Source: an uncultured Planctomycetaceae bacterium (GTDB lineage: Bacteria > Planctomycetota > Planctomycetia > Isosphaerales > Isosphaeraceae). Taken from it: 64,000 nucleotides of DNA. Where the stretch lies: NCBI GenBank assembly GCA_963833985.1, contig CAWIAD010000002.1, positions 1,408,001 to 1,472,000 of the forward strand, given 5' to 3'. Of the stretch, positions 49,268 through 62,749 are shown piece by piece. Position numbers and translations under genes: made by a program. Within the stretch, counting starts at the first letter, position 1. Each line of letters starts with the position of its first letter. The notes under the pieces were generated by a model, which searched no databases, was not told where the DNA came from, and worked only from the letters and a program-made list of their open reading frames with translations.

Positions 49268-49993
49268 TTAAGGAAGAGGTAACAGCCTGAAAATGCGTGC
49301 CAGCATTCTGACTGATAGCGGCGGGCGCATCTCCTGGCGGGAGGCCCGGAGTCGATCGTTATAAGCTTGCATGTTCTCCCCTGTCTCGACCCATTCCAGC
49401 TCCCGGCACCTTACATGCTTCCGGCAGCCGACGCAGTAGGATCGATCTACCATGTATGTGTGCGGATTCTCGAGATACGTCCGGATGATCTCCTCCGGCA
49501 TGACGGTACGTTGGCCGCAACGCCAATGGCGGTAAACGCGCGGCACGCCTTCCAGCGAACCTTGATATCGGTCGTCGGGAGGCAAAGTGACATACTCGCT
49601 GAGCCGGCCGTCGGGGCGAAGCCGGGTGTGCTCAAGCCGATGTGCCTCATCCTGTTCCGGATCGACCCATTCATGACAGTAGCGGCAACGTGACCAGGGC
49701 CTATCGACCCCGAGGTCACGAATGAGCCATTTCTCCTTGCTGACCACCTCAGCCTCGACGCTCAGGGCGTCGGACATCGCACGCTGATACACGGGCCAGA
49801 GAGCGTCGGCATCCAGATCAAGATCGAGGACCCCGGTCTGGGGGATCGTGCCCCGGATGAAGTCGAACAGCTCCCCGACCATGATGTCCGGTGGCTCATT
49901 CTTCACGGCCATCGACCTGAGCCGATCGAGGCTTGGCCTTACACCGAAACGCCTTTCCAGTTGAGACGCTACCGAGAGTAGATGAACTCCCAA
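49268..49993 (-). CDS. ACP-like (permuted) domain fused to a Cys/His-rich domain
   Basis: TTG start with GGAGG; LERRFGV...VGELFDFI then LW....DAL.V...V....LIRDLGVD; CRYC, HWRC and CVGC motifs. Confidence 0.7.
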   Translation of the reverse strand: MGVHLLSVASQLERRFGVRPSLDRLRSMAVKNEPPDIMVGELFDFIRGTIPQTGVLDLDLDADALWPVYQRAMSDALSVEAEVVSKEKWLIRDLGVDRPWSRCRYCHEWVDPEQDEAHRLEHTRLRPDGRLSEYVTLPPDDRYQGSLEGVPRVYRHWRCGQRTVMPEEIIRTYLENPHTYMVDRSYCVGCRKHVRCRELEWVETGENMQAYNDRLRASRQEMRPPLSVRMLARIFRLLPLP

Positions 49994-50013
49994 TGATGTC
50001 GTCCTCCCGCGTG

Positions 50014-51608
50014 TGTAATGGTTCAGCGTGAAATGGAGAAACCGGGGCCGAAAGATAAGGTAGAGTGAACATTCACACAGATGGACCGATTTACCGCTTT
50101 CGTACCAATCCCGAAGGAGAAGACGGGGCGGCATCGTGCCGCCCCCTTCGGTCTTGGTCCCTGGGTCGGCGCTCAGGTCGTGTCGCCACGTTGCCCTACC
50201 TTCCGCCCAGGCCATCTCTCATCGTAGCCGCACCGAGCTGCACGAGACAATCGCCTCCCTGTGATCAACCCGTCGCTCGGGTCGTCACACGCACCTGTTC
50301 CCTCCTTTCACGGGCAGTCTCCAGCTTACGGTCGCGGTCGGCGAAGATCGCTGGACCACGGCCGGCCAGCTTGTCGGCCGGGGCGATGTAACCGATCGCA
50401 GAATGAAGACGCACTTGATTGTAGTGATCAACATAACGTTCCACGAGACGACGGGCATCCTCCAGCGACAGCGGCACGCCGGGCCGGATGCACTCGGATT
50501 TCAGCGAGCGGTGCCAGCGCTCGATCTTGCCGTTGCTTTGCGGATAATATGGCGATGTTCTCACATGTGTCATACCGCAAATCCGAATGAACTCCTTGAA
50601 ATCCCTGGCGATGAACTGGGGCCCGTTGTCAGAGATGATCCGCGGGCGGGCGTCAGGGTATCGCTCGCGTGCGCGCTGGATGATCGTCTCGACTTCAGCC
50701 TCGGTCATGCTCGCGCGGATCTCCCAGTGGACGATGAACCGGCTGCAGCCGTCGAGCAGGCTGCAAAGCGAGTAGAACGTGCCGGCGACGTTGATGTGCG
50801 ACATGTCAACGTGCCAGTGCTCGTGGGGCAAAAGTGGCTGCTGGAAGCCTTTGCCTTTGAGTGAAGGTTTGCTGTTATGATGCTTTATCAACCCCGCATC
50901 ACGGAGCACGCGATAGACGCTGGAAGGGCTGACCGCGACGACATCGCCGTCGAGCATCATGAACGCCAGTCGCCGGTAGCCGTCGACGGGATGGTCCTTG
51001 TGGAACTCGATGATGGCTCGCTTTTCCCACGGCTCCAGCCACCAGTCGCGTGGAACCAAGGCATTGTGCTCGTTGGCCAGTCCATAGCCAGTCTTCCAGT
51101 TCTGGAACTTGCTGGCTGCGATCCCCAGCCAGGTGATGAACCTGGCGACGGGGATCTCGGTTCGCTGCGACCAGCGCCTGACGAAGTCAACGATGCCGTC
51201 GCGGGTATCGTGGGGAACCCATGCCTTGGTCAGAGCTCCCCAAGCTCTTTTTTTAGCTGGATGTGTTCCTCCATGAGCTCGGCGACGACTTCATTCTTGC
51301 GCTGGAGCTTGTCGCGGAGGGCTGCGATGGTGCGAAGGTGCTGGCTCTCAGAGGGTCCGTTCTTGCGCTGGAAGGCCGCCGTGCCCCCCTCGAAGAACTG
51401 CTTCTGCCAGAGGTAGAACAACGTGGGCGACAGCTGGTGCTCGTCGCAGAGATCGGAGACGGCGATGCGGTCGATGAGGTGACGCCGGAGGATGGCGACC
51501 TTCTCGACAGGCGTATAGTTCTTGCGGGGCTTTCGCATGGTGAGACTCCTGCCGAGTTGTCGTATAACTCGGGTGCGACGTCTCTCCATTTCCGGCTGAA
51601 GCAAGACA
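50014..51608 (-). mobile_element. IS3-family IS (1595 bp), no target duplication
   Basis: IRs TGTAATGGTTCAGCGTGAAATGGAGA and rc TGTCTTGCTTCAGCCGGAAATGGAGA. Confidence 0.92.
50265..51538 (-). CDS. IS3-family transposase OrfAB (-1 frameshift at A7G, 51247-51254)
   Basis: OrfA HTH 51230-51538; Orf[34 protein letters not shown]. Confidence 0.93.
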
Positions 51609-52303
51609 CTCCAGGGAGCGCGCCAGCTCGGCCAGCTTGGCGGCGACCTCACGCGTGACCTTCGCCGTGCGCCGGCTGGGGTCGAGGGCGAGCGGCTCTG
51701 TCCACACCTGCTTCAGCCGGGCGCGAACCTCGTCCTCCGCGAGGTCCCGAAGCTTGACGCGGTGCGTTCGAGGCTCGGGGAAGGGAATATACGTGCGGCC
51801 TGGCGGGAAAAATCAGAGAACAGCTCAATCGAGTGGCCAACATCCACCACGATGACGAAAGGTGGGTTGTGCTCCGAGGCCGGCAGGTTCCGGACGTAGA
51901 GCTCGGCCTGGCCCTTCGCCTCGTACATGGCCGCGTCCCAGCCGGCCGTGCCCCGGACGGCCGTGCCCCGGCGCATCCGCCTGGGCGGTGTCAAGGAGCT
52001 GGGCGAAGGCGTTGCCACACGATCGCTCCCTTGCTTCGCCTCCAGCACGAAGCAATCGCGCTTGTAGAGATCAATCCGCTTGATCGTTGTCGAGCCATCC
52101 GGGTTCGGGAACGGGACCGTGCGCTCGAAGACGTACGCGTTCTGCTCATCGTCCGGTCCGGCGGGATCGGGGCGGGGTACCTCGATCACGTCGCATAGCT
52201 CATTCAAGAACATGGAATAGTTGGCGCGCTCCGCCGCACCCGAGCCTTCCCAGCGCAGGAAGAACGCGTCCATCGTGGAATCGCAGAGAGCCAACTCAGT
52301 CAT
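51609..52303 (-). pseudogene. N-terminus of an MmeI-like type IIL restriction-modification enzyme, truncated by IS3
   Basis: [59 protein letters not shown] then the IS end. Confidence 0.85.
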
Positions 52304-52471
52304 CGTGTCATCTCAACGGTCTGCCATGACCTGAACAAAATGGAGCTTACCATCCTGACATGCTCCATGCAAGCAGCCGAAGGGAGGATTTACAGATGAA
52401 ACGCAGTCGAACTGGTGACGAATCAAAAGCGGAGGGGCGATCGCAGAGCCAAGAGCACTATGCGAGAGGGG

Positions 52472-52626
52472 ACTCCTGGGGCCATCGGCATTCCCCCCCC
52501 CGACCCGCACCGAGCTTCAAGCGGCCCGGCACACCAAGCCGAGCCGTCAGGCCAACTTGCGAGCTTGAATCCTGCGCGGGCGGAACGGATGCCACCCCAA
52601 ATTATGGATGGCCCCTTCCCCCTGCA
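52472..52626. repeat. MITE/REPIN-like element, copy 2
   Basis: Matches 41924-42077 with one substitution and one extra C seen. Confidence 0.85.
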
Positions 52627-52723
52627 TTGATGGCCCCTTCTCCCTCCCCTTGCATCGACGAGTTCGACACCGAACGCTATGGTATTCTCGTGTTTCAAGA
52701 TCCGAGTGACCGGAAATGCCGCG

Positions 52724-53077
52724 ATGCTGCACAAGCTGATTGACAGGCTCCTGATTGCGTGGAGATCTCCCCGCTGGCGCTGGGCGCTCCTGATCGCTGT
52801 TCTGTCGGATGCCCTGGGGTTCGCCGCGGTGCTGGTGCCACCGTTGCAGTGGGTGCTGGACGCTCTGACTGCCGGAATGCTCTTCGTGATCCTGGGTTTT
52901 CCATGGGCGCTCCTGACTGCCCTGGCTGTCGAGGTGATCCCGGCACTCGAACTCTTCCCATTCTGGACACTGGCCGTTCTGGCCCTGGCGTCCACCACAA
53001 CTGGCAAATTGCCTCACGGCCAGGATGCCAGCCTTCCGGCCCAGTCCGGCGACGGCAGCACGACTCAGGAGAGATGA
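52724..53077 (+). CDS. Small membrane protein
   Basis: ALLIAVLSDAL...LDALTA...EVIPALELFPFWTLAV. Confidence 0.75.
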   Translation: MLHKLIDRLLIAWRSPRWRWALLIAVLSDALGFAAVLVPPLQWVLDALTAGMLFVILGFPWALLTALAVEVIPALELFPFWTLAVLALASTTTGKLPHGQDASLPAQSGDGSTTQER

Positions 53078-53252
53078 CGATCATGCGCTGCTCCGGAGCG
53101 GAGCAGGGCCACGCCTGGGGTCCCCCATACTCCGACATATGCCCGAATTGCAATGACAAGTCGCCCGCGGCGTGTCCCGAGATTCCTGACCTGAATGACA
53201 GTGGAGGCGAATCCTGGGGCCATCCCCATTCCCCGCCAATTCCAGTTGCCAG

Positions 53253-55118
53253 TCACACCGGGGCGGGCTCAGGCGCTCCGGCGGTGAGCTTGAAAAGCTG
53301 AGGATCGAGCCGATTCAAGAGTCGGCGGATCTTCGGGAGCTGTTCGATCGCGGCCGCCTCTCCGATCGCGGCAAGCTCCTTCGCCTTCATGAACTCCGCG
53401 GAGTCGACGCCGGTCACGTCCGGCTCGATCACGACGTCCGCCGGCTGGACACCGAAGGCGTTCAGGTTGTGGTTTTGAACCAACAGGCTGCGCAAGATCG
53501 TCGGCCCGATGCCCGGCTTGTTCCTCGACAGAATGGGCTGCTCAGGTTCGATGTCGCAGAAACGGGTCTCCAGCTTCGCCGTCACGCTGATGGCGATGAC
53601 GAAATTGCAGCCCATCGACACCAGCACATCCGCCGGGATGTTGTTGACCAGCCCGCCGTCGATCAGCGCCTGGCCATTGCGGATGATCGGGACCGAGAGC
53701 ACGGGCAGGTTGATGCTCTCGAGGATCGCATGGACGGCATCGCCTCGTTCGCGGACGACCGATGTGCCGCTCACCAGGTCGACCGTGACGGAGAGACAGG
53801 GGAGGGCAAGCTGTTCGAGTCTCCAGTCGTGCAGGTACTTGCGTAGCATCGGGTCGAATTTCCCGCGACGGTACTTGTGGATGAGGTACCAGTAGTTGCC
53901 TTGCGGCAGGCGGCGAAAAAACCACGAAGGGCGAAGGTCCGTGGCGAATTGATCGGCGTTGTAGTCGGGATCCAGGCCGGCGGAGTACAGAATACCGGTC
54001 ATGGCCCCGGCGCTGGTGCCCGCGATCATGTCCACGACGATGCCACCGCGCTCGAGGGCCTTGAGCACGCCGAGGTGCGACATGCCTCGGGCGGCCCCAC
54101 CGCCGAGGGCCACGCCCACACGCACGCCGCGCAGGTCGTGCACCAGCCGCTCCAGCCCGTTGGCCAGCGACAGGCCTGACGGGAGTCCCGGGGGCGTTTC
54201 GTGGATCTTGAAATCACGGGAGGCAAGCACGGGGAGGTTCGGAATGGCGGGGACCACGGGACGATCGCCCTGAAGCAACCAGGCGACACTGATCTTGTCG
54301 CGCCAGCCCCGGGCAGCCACGTCGATCGCCTGGAGCCGGCGCATTGCGCTTTCTGCCGCATCTGCCGCGATGAAATAGACGGCGCGATCGACGAGTTCCA
54401 TGAGCCGCGCCGTCCGTTCCGGCGTCAGGTAGGTGTGGACGTCGAAGATGATTCGATTGGCGTCCTGCCACCGAGCGGCCTGCTCGCGGATTTCTTCCGA
54501 CGTCAAATCTCGTCCGTTTTCATGAAGTGGCCGAAACCGTACGCTTGGTGAAACCGGCCTCCGGTCCCAATCGCTGAAGACGGCGATTTGCTCGCCGATG
54601 TCGCTCAGTCGCTGGATGAGCCGTTCCGCCGCCGGCCGCGTCGCGGGTGAATCGTGAATCAGCGCCAGCATCATGGTCGAGCGCTTGGGGGCGTCGCCCA
54701 GGAACAATTTCCTCTGGTTTCGTGCGAAGCTCTTCAACCACAGACGGCGCAGGTCCGGCCTGGCGAAAGTCAACTCCATCGCCTCTTCGTAGTCCAGCCT
54801 GAGGATCGTCGAGGGCTCCAGCGCGACGATGCGGATCGGCACGGGTTCGCTGAGTGCGCCGACCATGAGCCCGAATTGTTCGCCGCGCTCGATCATGCGG
54901 AAGAGCGACTCGGATCCGCTGGTGCCGATCCGGACGGCCTTGAGCCGCCCGCGCAAGACGAAGCCCACCGTGGTGAGCACGACGTCGGCCTCGTGGACGA
55001 CGCTGCCGGCGGGATAGTGCGCGACGCGTCCGAGCCGCTCGACTTCCTCCAGGCTCTCATCGGACGCACCCTGAAAGTACTCGTGCACCTTCAAGAGCGG
55101 AATGAGCTCATTGTTCAT
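53253..55118 (-). CDS. cNMP-binding plus patatin-like phospholipase
   Basis: cNMP domain; LGGGAARG, GTSAG, DGG motifs. Confidence 0.92.
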   Translation of the reverse strand: MNNELIPLLKVHEYFQGASDESLEEVERLGRVAHYPAGSVVHEADVVLTTVGFVLRGRLKAVRIGTSGSESLFRMIERGEQFGLMVGALSEPVPIRIVALEPSTILRLDYEEAMELTFARPDLRRLWLKSFARNQRKLFLGDAPKRSTMMLALIHDSPATRPAAERLIQRLSDIGEQIAVFSDWDRRPVSPSVRFRPLHENGRDLTSEEIREQAARWQDANRIIFDVHTYLTPERTARLMELVDRAVYFIAADAAESAMRRLQAIDVAARGWRDKISVAWLLQGDRPVVPAIPNLPVLASRDFKIHETPPGLPSGLSLANGLERLVHDLRGVRVGVALGGGAARGMSHLGVLKALERGGIVVDMIAGTSAGAMTGILYSAGLDPDYNADQFATDLRPSWFFRRLPQGNYWYLIHKYRRGKFDPMLRKYLHDWRLEQLALPCLSVTVDLVSGTSVVRERGDAVHAILESINLPVLSVPIIRNGQALIDGGLVNNIPADVLVSMGCNFVIAISVTAKLETRFCDIEPEQPILSRNKPGIGPTILRSLLVQNHNLNAFGVQPADVVIEPDVTGVDSAEFMKAKELAAIGEAAAIEQLPKIRRLLNRLDPQLFKLTAGAPEPAPV

Positions 55119-56100
55119 GGCGGCGCCTTTCGAGTTCGCGGCGGATATGATCACCGAATCCCGCCGACGGGGCTGTGTTCGCAATGTCGTTCAGGTAGGC
55201 GAGCCGGCGGAGTTCCTTGAAGGGTAAAGTCCGGTCCAATCGACCGTCCTTGTAGAGGGCCCGATCCAGTCGGGCGTTGGCAATAACGCGCCAGTCCCAG
55301 CGGACTCGTGTGCTGGGAAGCTTGTAGAAGGACGTCGTGCAATTGGTGAACAGGACGTGGTACCAGCGCGGACTCTCGTACAACTCGTTGAGCATATTCA
55401 CGTAGTCGAGAAACACTCTTTTGAGTTCCTCCACACTCGAATTGAGGTGGTAGAGGTACGCGGATTGACCCCGGCTGTATTTCGTGCGCCGCAGAATGAC
55501 GTCGCGTTCGTCCGCGGCGACGAAGATCAGCTCTTGCTGTCGATACAGACTGCGAAAGACCGAGTATTTCTGACCCTTCGTGATTCGCGCCTCGATCGAC
55601 ATGCAGATGCGGCCATCGGGTCCGAAGTCGAAGACCAGGGCCGGGTGGCCCCTGAGCCCATCTCCCCAGTCGAAAAAAACGGCGTCCACTCCCTTGATAT
55701 TCGAGAGATGATATGTGCGGGTTTCCCAGTGCGGGGTGAAATCGTTGAGCGAACGGTATTCCAGGTTGCGGACGTTTTCGATGGTCACCGCATCGCCGGC
55801 GATGACAGCCCGCGGCAGCACCGCGGCGCTCGGGTCCCAATCGCGATCGTTGCTCGGTTTTTGCCGGTACCACCAGGCAAGGAAGAGCAACTCCGCCCCG
55901 AGCAAGGCTACGATCGGCTGCCAGAGCGGCCGCCATGTCCCGAACAGCGCGATGATGCCAACGGCCCAGGCCAGCGCGACCCAACGGCCCCACCCGGCTC
56001 CGCCACACGCGTCGTAGTAAATCGCGCCGATCATCCAAACCGCAACCAGGCCACACGCCAGCAGCGATGTTCCCGTGATGATTCCCAGTATGGGGCCCAT
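55108..56100 (-). CDS. DUF4105 domain membrane protein
   Basis: PSNDRDW, IENVRN, SIEAR, ADERDVI..RT, NCTT. Confidence 0.88.
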   Translation of the reverse strand: MGPILGIITGTSLLACGLVAVWMIGAIYYDACGGAGWGRWVALAWAVGIIALFGTWRPLWQPIVALLGAELLFLAWWYRQKPSNDRDWDPSAAVLPRAVIAGDAVTIENVRNLEYRSLNDFTPHWETRTYHLSNIKGVDAVFFDWGDGLRGHPALVFDFGPDGRICMSIEARITKGQKYSVFRSLYRQQELIFVAADERDVILRRTKYSRGQSAYLYHLNSSVEELKRVFLDYVNMLNELYESPRWYHVLFTNCTTSFYKLPSTRVRWDWRVIANARLDRALYKDGRLDRTLPFKELRRLAYLNDIANTAPSAGFGDHIRRELERRRHEQ

Positions 56101-56480
56101 GACGTATTCTCTTGCGGTTGACGCAGCGCATTGCGAGAGCGAGTTGATGCACCTGCCGGAGCCGGTTTCAGGACTGGTGTTTACGAAGTCTACCACACGG
56201 GCTTTTCGACCGCTCGTCATTACAACTGCCGGCAAGAGTCGGCCAGGTCTGCTCTCTGCTCGCCAGGTTCCGATCCTGACGAGGAGGCACTCGTTTCCGC
56301 CCATTCGGGGCGTAACGAGCCTGCCGGAGTGTGCGATTTGCCAGGGCCCGCCTTGGAAAAGCAGGAGAATCGCTGGAATCGCAGGAGCCGAAGCGACCCG
56401 GCGAGTTATACTGAACTGGCGCAAATCCACTTCTCGGATCTTCCCTTCGACGGTCTCGGCGAGAGACAGAGCAGACACCG

Positions 56481-59306
<2,826 letters not shown>

Positions 59307-59593
59307 TCCTGGCCTACGGGTCGTTGGCGCCGGTAAGATTAGAACCTTCGGAGGCATCATCCTCCAGATTTCGAGCGAGCAGGACTCTCTGTTCCCACAC
59401 TTCAAAAGGGCACGCTCCTGGGTCTTCAAAGACGATGCGGGGAAGAGCCCGCACGCCAACCATGGCCGGTGCGTGTTTCTTGGCACTGGGATATCGCCTG
59501 TGCCGGCCATGGCGAACTCGAACTCGATGTCCTGATGAATGTAGTGCGCGCACGCATGTCAGAAATTCTCATCGGAACGGCATTACGAAGACA

Positions 59594-60505
59594 ATGATGA
59601 CTGCCGCGTTGGTCAAGATCCTTGTCTCGATCACGCTCATGGCAATGATGGGCGCGATCGGACTGGAGTTGAATCTTGCCGAACTGGCCACCGCGGCCCG
59701 GAGCTGGCGGCTGACCACGAAGGCCGCGCTGGCAAACTACCTGTGCGTGCCCGCGGTTACCGTAAGCTTGTTGCTCTTATTCCATCCCGCCGACCCTACG
59801 GTCGCGGCGGGGTTTCTCATCCTAGCCGTCTGCCCGGGCGCACCCTTCGGCCCTGCTTGCACGCGGCTCGCAAAGGGGAATGTGGCAACTGCGCTGGGGA
59901 TGATGGTGCTGCTGGCTGGCTCATCGGCCGTCGCCGCACCATTGCTATTGCACCTGCTTTTGCCACTTCTGTCGAGTCGCGGATCGCTCCAAGTCGATTC
60001 GGGCCAGATCGTCGTCACGCTGCTGGCGACCCAGCTGGCGCCGCTGTGCCTGGGGGTGGGGGTACGCCGCTGGTCACCGTGGCTCGCCAACAGGGTGCAG
60101 AGACCGGCAAACCTCCTGAGTGCGATGCTCAATCTGACAACACTCGTCGTCGTTCTCGCCGTCTACTTTCCTCTTTTGGCGGCGATTCGGCTGCGCGGGT
60201 ACGTGGGCATGGTGGGCTTACTCTTGGCGAGCTGGGCGACAGGCTGGCTGCTGGGCGGTCCGGGAGCCGGCAACCGCAAGGCTTTGGCGCTCACCACCTC
60301 GCTGCGCAACGTCGGCGTCGGCCTGGTCATCGCGACCACCAATTTCGGCGGCACGGCGGCCGTCACGGCGGTCCTGGCCTATGGGATCTTCGAGATTGTC
60401 GGATCCGTATTACTGGCCCTGGCATGGGGCCGGGCGCCGTTGGCCTTGGATGAACGAGCTGAACGGCCGACCGGCATCGCGTTCCCGCTCGATGATTCAA
60501 ACTGA
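59594..60505 (+). CDS. Bile acid:sodium symporter family protein
   Basis: ALLANY..VP, CPGAP, LAKGN, TSLRNVGVGLVIA. Confidence 0.88.
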   Translation: MMTAALVKILVSITLMAMMGAIGLELNLAELATAARSWRLTTKAALANYLCVPAVTVSLLLLFHPADPTVAAGFLILAVCPGAPFGPACTRLAKGNVATALGMMVLLAGSSAVAAPLLLHLLLPLLSSRGSLQVDSGQIVVTLLATQLAPLCLGVGVRRWSPWLANRVQRPANLLSAMLNLTTLVVVLAVYFPLLAAIRLRGYVGMVGLLLASWATGWLLGGPGAGNRKALALTTSLRNVGVGLVIATTNFGGTAAVTAVLAYGIFEIVGSVLLALAWGRAPLALDERAERPTGIAFPLDDSN

Positions 60506-60856
60506 ATCGCCGGTGACCTGGCTGCTACGCTATCAGCAGGAGGGGCGGGCTCGCCGCTCGCTCTGGCTCCTTCCTGTGCCGAATGTGCCGGGAAGGCAAG
60601 GGAGACAGGTCGTACCAAAGAATCGTTCTGGGCAGAGTTCCCGGGCGAGGCGATGCCACATTTTCGGCATATTGCCCAGCACAAAGCGATTCAGTTCAAC
60701 CAACTGAAGAATTGCCACTTCCAGTCCGAAGACTGGTTACAATCTCGCGCCGAGGCAGCCCGGATCCGCCCGCCGTCGCCAGAAACGGGCGAGTTGCGTC
60801 GATGCTGGCTCCCGTCACTTTCCCCCCAATCGGGAAACTCCATAAGGACAGGCCCC

Positions 60857-61975
60857 ATGGCAGGATGCCAAGGAACTCAACAAGGCCCACGGGTCCTGAT
60901 CATCGCGATAGCGCTGAGCACGGCGATCACCGCTTCGGTTCAGGCCCAGACTCCCGCGTTGCCGAGCCCGACCGCCCCGGCGGATTTCTCCTCGACCGTC
61001 GGTGGGCCGGAGACGTTCGTCGAGCCGACCTTCACCCAGCCGGCCGGTGCTGTTCCGTCCTACTATGCCGGAGAAGGCTATGCGTCGACCGCTCCCATCG
61101 TCCAGTTGGGGCTCTTCGACACGATCACCGAGTCGATCTTCGGCCAGCCCGATCCGAACACCTGGCGGCCGCTGCCGCTCTCGACGTTCTTCAGCGAGGG
61201 CTGGAACGAAGCCTGGGTGCCGTCTCCCAACGGTTCGGGCGGCGCGCCCCGTCAAGGCTGGATCAACGCCATGGACGGCAACATGTACCGGCTCTGGTTC
61301 TTCACGTTCGCTCAGGCATTCAACAACGCCCCGAGGGGCAACGCTTACCTCGGTTCGTACACGCTCCTGGCGCCCCTGAGCCGTCGCATGGAGCTGATCA
61401 TCAACGTCCCGTTCATTATCCGGAACAATGCCTCCACCGGCTTGCCCATCATCGACCCGAGCCGGCCGGTGCTGCCGTCGACGAAGAGCCACTCGGGATT
61501 TGGCGATATCTCGTTCACTCCCCGCTTCTTACTGCACGAGACGAAGGACTTCTCGCTCACGGCCGAGATGGCGGTGGTGACCCCGACCGGGAATCAGCCC
61601 CTTGCGGGCAATACCACCACCCTGGTCCCGGCCTTCGGCTTCTGGAATAACCCAGTGGGCGGGTGGGTGGTGCGGGGCGGCCTCGGTCTCGGTGTTCCAA
61701 TGAATGGCAGTGGGGATTACCTGATCAACCAGCTTGCCATCGGTAACACATTCACGGATCATGACGTACCGCTGTTTGGAGACTTCACCCTCTACCTGTC
61801 GGCCGTGGTGAACACCTCCCTCGCCTACTCGAATAATACCAGCATGACGCTGACCCCCGGCATGCGAACCCACCTGGGAAACGACTGGTATTTCCTGGCC
61901 GGTCTACCAACGCCCGTCACCAAGGACCGAGTCGGCGAGATCGGTATGATCTTCTGGTTCATGAAAGCGTGGTGA
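60857..61975 (+). CDS. Putative outer-membrane beta-barrel protein
   Basis: Signal peptide, SGFGD, PTGN, alternating aromatic strands, terminal W. Confidence 0.7.
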   Translation: MAGCQGTQQGPRVLIIAIALSTAITASVQAQTPALPSPTAPADFSSTVGGPETFVEPTFTQPAGAVPSYYAGEGYASTAPIVQLGLFDTITESIFGQPDPNTWRPLPLSTFFSEGWNEAWVPSPNGSGGAPRQGWINAMDGNMYRLWFFTFAQAFNNAPRGNAYLGSYTLLAPLSRRMELIINVPFIIRNNASTGLPIIDPSRPVLPSTKSHSGFGDISFTPRFLLHETKDFSLTAEMAVVTPTGNQPLAGNTTTLVPAFGFWNNPVGGWVVRGGLGLGVPMNGSGDYLINQLAIGNTFTDHDVPLFGDFTLYLSAVVNTSLAYSNNTSMTLTPGMRTHLGNDWYFLAGLPTPVTKDRVGEIGMIFWFMKAW

Positions 61976-62238
61976 GCCAGCCGAGGCGGGTCTGGCGCAA
62001 GCCGCAGGCCGAGGTCACTTCCTGTCCTCTGAGCTTCCTTGTGCGGGAACCGAGCCCCGGGGATGGTAACAAGTCGAAGCATGCTTGGTGCCAGAAATAT
62101 CGATGCTTTGCGGCGATTGCCTAGATTTTGTGGATGGGGCAGATTAGGTTGACGCCTGCGGGACGTATGCTACCTCGCGTTGCACAGGGAGTGTGTGCTT
62201 TCTGAGCGAACGCACGCGGTCCCGTGGGAGAACACATC

Positions 62239-62643
62239 ATGACGCGCAGCTTGAAGGTCAGTCTTTTGCTCGCCTCGATGCTGGTCGTCCTGTGGACGAC
62301 GTCGTCGGAGGCGTGCCACCGGCGCCGCCGGGCGTGCCAGCCCACCCAGAGCTACTGCTGCCAATCGGGGTACACGTACGGGAGCTCCACGGGCTACTAC
62401 GCTTCTGGCCAGGGCGGCTACACCACGGCTCAAGGCGGTTACTATGGCGGTGAGTCCGGCTACGCCCAGCCCGGTTACGCCCAGCCCGGCTACGCTCAGC
62501 CTGGCTACGGTCAGCCCGGCTACGCCCAGCCCGGCTACGATTTCGGCCGGCCCGGCTACAATCCGGGCGGCCTTGGTGGGCCGGCGTCCGGGATAGGCGT
62601 GCGGCCCGGTCTGGGCGCCGGCGGCTTTGGCCCTGGGCGCTGA
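62239..62643 (+). CDS. Secreted Gly/Tyr/Pro-rich protein with (PGYAQ)n repeats
   Basis: GGGAG RBS, signal peptide, 15-bp tandem repeat at about 62456-62538. Confidence 0.8.
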   Translation: MTRSLKVSLLLASMLVVLWTTSSEACHRRRRACQPTQSYCCQSGYTYGSSTGYYASGQGGYTTAQGGYYGGESGYAQPGYAQPGYAQPGYGQPGYAQPGYDFGRPGYNPGGLGGPASGIGVRPGLGAGGFGPGR

Positions 62644-62749
62644 ACGTCCGCAGGCTGTCCGATCACCCTGCGTGGGCGCGCCGGCCGGGACCTACGGGCT
62701 CACTCAGTGCAGTGTCAGCGGCGGCCAGCTGTGAAGGGGCCAATCATTC

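Noticed and set aside
49994..50215. N-terminal extension of ORF 49268-50215
   Set aside because: It reads through the IS3 end. The RBS and TTG at 49993 match the duplicate start at 5111.
56393..56426. Additional cassette-boundary site (GAGT-TATA-CTGAACT)
   Set aside because: The right half does not fit the consensus. TATACT is better read as the -10 of the downstream glycoside hydrolase gene.
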